From Octopus vulgaris (taxonomy: Eukaryota), in contig OX597830.1 in NCBI GenBank assembly GCA_951406725.2, forward strand, positions 46,252,001 through 46,316,000: a stretch of 64,000 nt of DNA. Reading direction: 5' to 3'. Under the pieces are notes generated by a model. The model saw only the letters and a program-made list of their open reading frames with translations, made no database searches and had not been told where the DNA came from. This document shows positions 61,670 to 64,000 of this stretch, piece after piece (the stretch's first letter is position 1; each line of letters begins with the position of its first letter). The position numbers were made by a program, and so were the translations under genes.

Positions 61670-62805
61670 CATACATACACATACATATATACATATATAT
61701 ATATGACTAATGTGGATATACAAATGAGGAAAAAGCAGAGTTTATTTACTCATTTAGTTGAAGTGATATGTAAACAAATTTAATATGAAGAGAAAATGTG
61801 ATAGGCTCCATGCATTTGTTTACTCATAGACACAAGTTAGTATAAATCCACACCCAAGAACCTAGAGAAACGGAGTGAGAGGGAGACAGAGATATAAAAA
61901 TACATACAAATCCACGTTGCGGGGGTGGGGGGGTCTGTGTGTCTATAGAGACTCCTGGAACAAGCAACACACAGTGCCCTTGGGCAAGGAATGTCACTTC
62001 ATGTCCCAGCAAGAAATGAGGACCAGTCAGCTGCTGGTGCAGCTGTCATATGCTAAATGTTTAGCTGGGAGTGGAAGAGCCATCATTCATACATGCATGC
62101 ATATGCATGGGTGTGCACACACTACAAACACACATATAGAGAGACGGGGGGAGAGGGGAGGGAGGGAGGGAGGTAGCAATGTAGATAAACATAGTCAAGC
62201 TTGATATACATGTAACTATGCCTGTTGTATGGATTTTGTTTATGCTACAAAATGGCATATAAATGTCAGGTCATGACTCCTCCTCATTCCCACCAGGCTG
62301 GTATCTACATTAGGGACACAATTGCTAGTGCTCAGTCCACAGCCCTATAATTGAAACCACAAAAAAATAAACACCCTGCTTTTGCCAGTCTTCTCTTGAA
62401 AAGGGGAGTTGGACTTACTGTAATATCTTTATGTGATCAGTCACCAGTTACATAACCATGACTTTTGCATATAACACCAGCAAATCATGATTATGTAACA
62501 TTTGGCTTCCTGAAACAGCTGTTGAGTTTAAGACATTACATAATTTCTTTATGTATGTGTGTGTGTGTACATATACACACACACACGCACGCACGCATGC
62601 ATGCATATGTATCAAGTCTAACTGTGTCAGTCTATATTAATACCTGCATATTGAATTTCTCTTATAGCCACTGTTGACGCTGTGGGCCTTTCCCAAGATC
62701 AAGAGGTCAGGGTTTAAGTTTGAAGTCATTCAAGCACTACTACCTGTTTCCTACACTGAGCTTATCTTGCTTTCTCTTACTGACTGTGTGTGTGTGTGTG
62801 TATAT

Positions 62806-62844
<39 letters not shown>

Positions 62845-63569
62845 TGCAGATACAAATATAAACATGTTTATATGATAATTTAGTGTGGATTTATATTAAC
62901 TGGTGTATTCATGGTAATAATGTTAAAGATAAAAAGATAAGTTTGAAACTTTAGTGGGGCATGCACGGCCATTAATCATGAAACCATTTTAGTTTTCTTC
63001 ATGCTGGTTACAAATACGATCTAACTGGCTTCTTGTAATTGTCTCGATTGTTTCTCAGAAAACAGAATGATTGAGGAAGGTATACAGGAGGTCAAGGTTT
63101 AGAGGAGCAGAGAAGATAGCAGTAAATAAATGGAACAAAGCTCAATGGTGTCATTGTTTTACCATTCCAGGCAACAGAGAATCTTTCCCCCAAAATCCAC
63201 CCTCATAATGATTCTCTCTTTCACAAGTTGTTTCTGCTTCAGGCAGTTCTCCAGGCCATATCGCAAATGGGCGTAGATGAGATGATCAATTCAGGAATGC
63301 AATAAATAGATGCAAAAGATTTTGGTCATCCAGTAAAATAGTAAACTGAATAGAACAAATTCAGTTAATACAGAGTATTGTGTAAGAGGGGGAGGGATAT
63401 ATATGATCGTTTTATGTTTATTATATAAACATTAATAACCGCACAGAATTATCTGAAATATTTTTTCTGGATAGGAAATGGTGCTATTTTACTTGCTATA
63501 AATAAATCATATGTCAACATGGAAAGACGGATGTTAAATGATAATGACTATATATGTGTGTGTGTCTGC

Positions 63570-63783
63570 CAGTACTGCCTGACTGGCCTTCATTGCCGGT
63601 GGCACGTAAAAGCACCCACTACACTCTCGGAGTGGTTGGTGTTAGGAAGGGTATCTAGCTGTAGAAACTCTGCCAGATCAGATTGGAGTCTGGTGCAGCC
63701 ATCTGGTTCGCCAGACCTCAGTCAAATCGTCCAACCCATGCTAGCATGGAAAGCGGATGTTAAACGATGATGATGATGATGAT
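63570..63783 (+). mobile_element. RTE-tailed SINE
   Basis: Family core and (GAT)n tail. Confidence 0.85.
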
Positions 63784-64000
63784 ATATATACAAAATATAG
63801 GGGTTTAGTTCACAGGTGATCTAAACGACTAAGTACACTAAGTAAGTGCTGTAACGTATTACCAGGGCTCCAAGGTTATAGTCGAGATGGTAGTTATGGA
63901 GCCATTGTAGATTTCCTGGACTATAATAGATTCTGGTATCCCATATCAGGGCCAGCACTCCATTTGTGGCCTCAAAATTTTAACTCATAACTCACCACAA

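Overview
Eukaryotic, AT-rich, repeat-dense animal DNA, most likely octopus/coleoid cephalopod (inferred from the SINE families and microsatellite load; not verified by search). The one host gene I can support is a minus-strand, multi-exon PP2C-like (CG9801-type) phosphatase gene. Four phase-compatible coding exons (41295-41440, 13355-13474, 11288-11469, 7880-9043) give about 536 aa, span a ~27.8 kb intron and end in a PDZ-type motif (ESAV*). The first coding exon was not located. The rest is transposon debris: three mariner relics (one a fold-back), a Tc1/ITm fragment, an intron-containing piggyBac relic, several MITEs, RTE and R4/Dong LINE fragments, a Penelope-like GIY-YIG relic, many SINEs, and mini/microsatellites. 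The most notable signals are: hammerhead-ribozyme motifs, both downstream of the Penelope relic and as an inverted pair in a tRNA-headed non-coding element; a pri-miRNA-like hairpin at ~62.4 kb; three unrelated TTAA-type MITE families all 221-222 bp long; and inverted SINE pairs flanking host exons.
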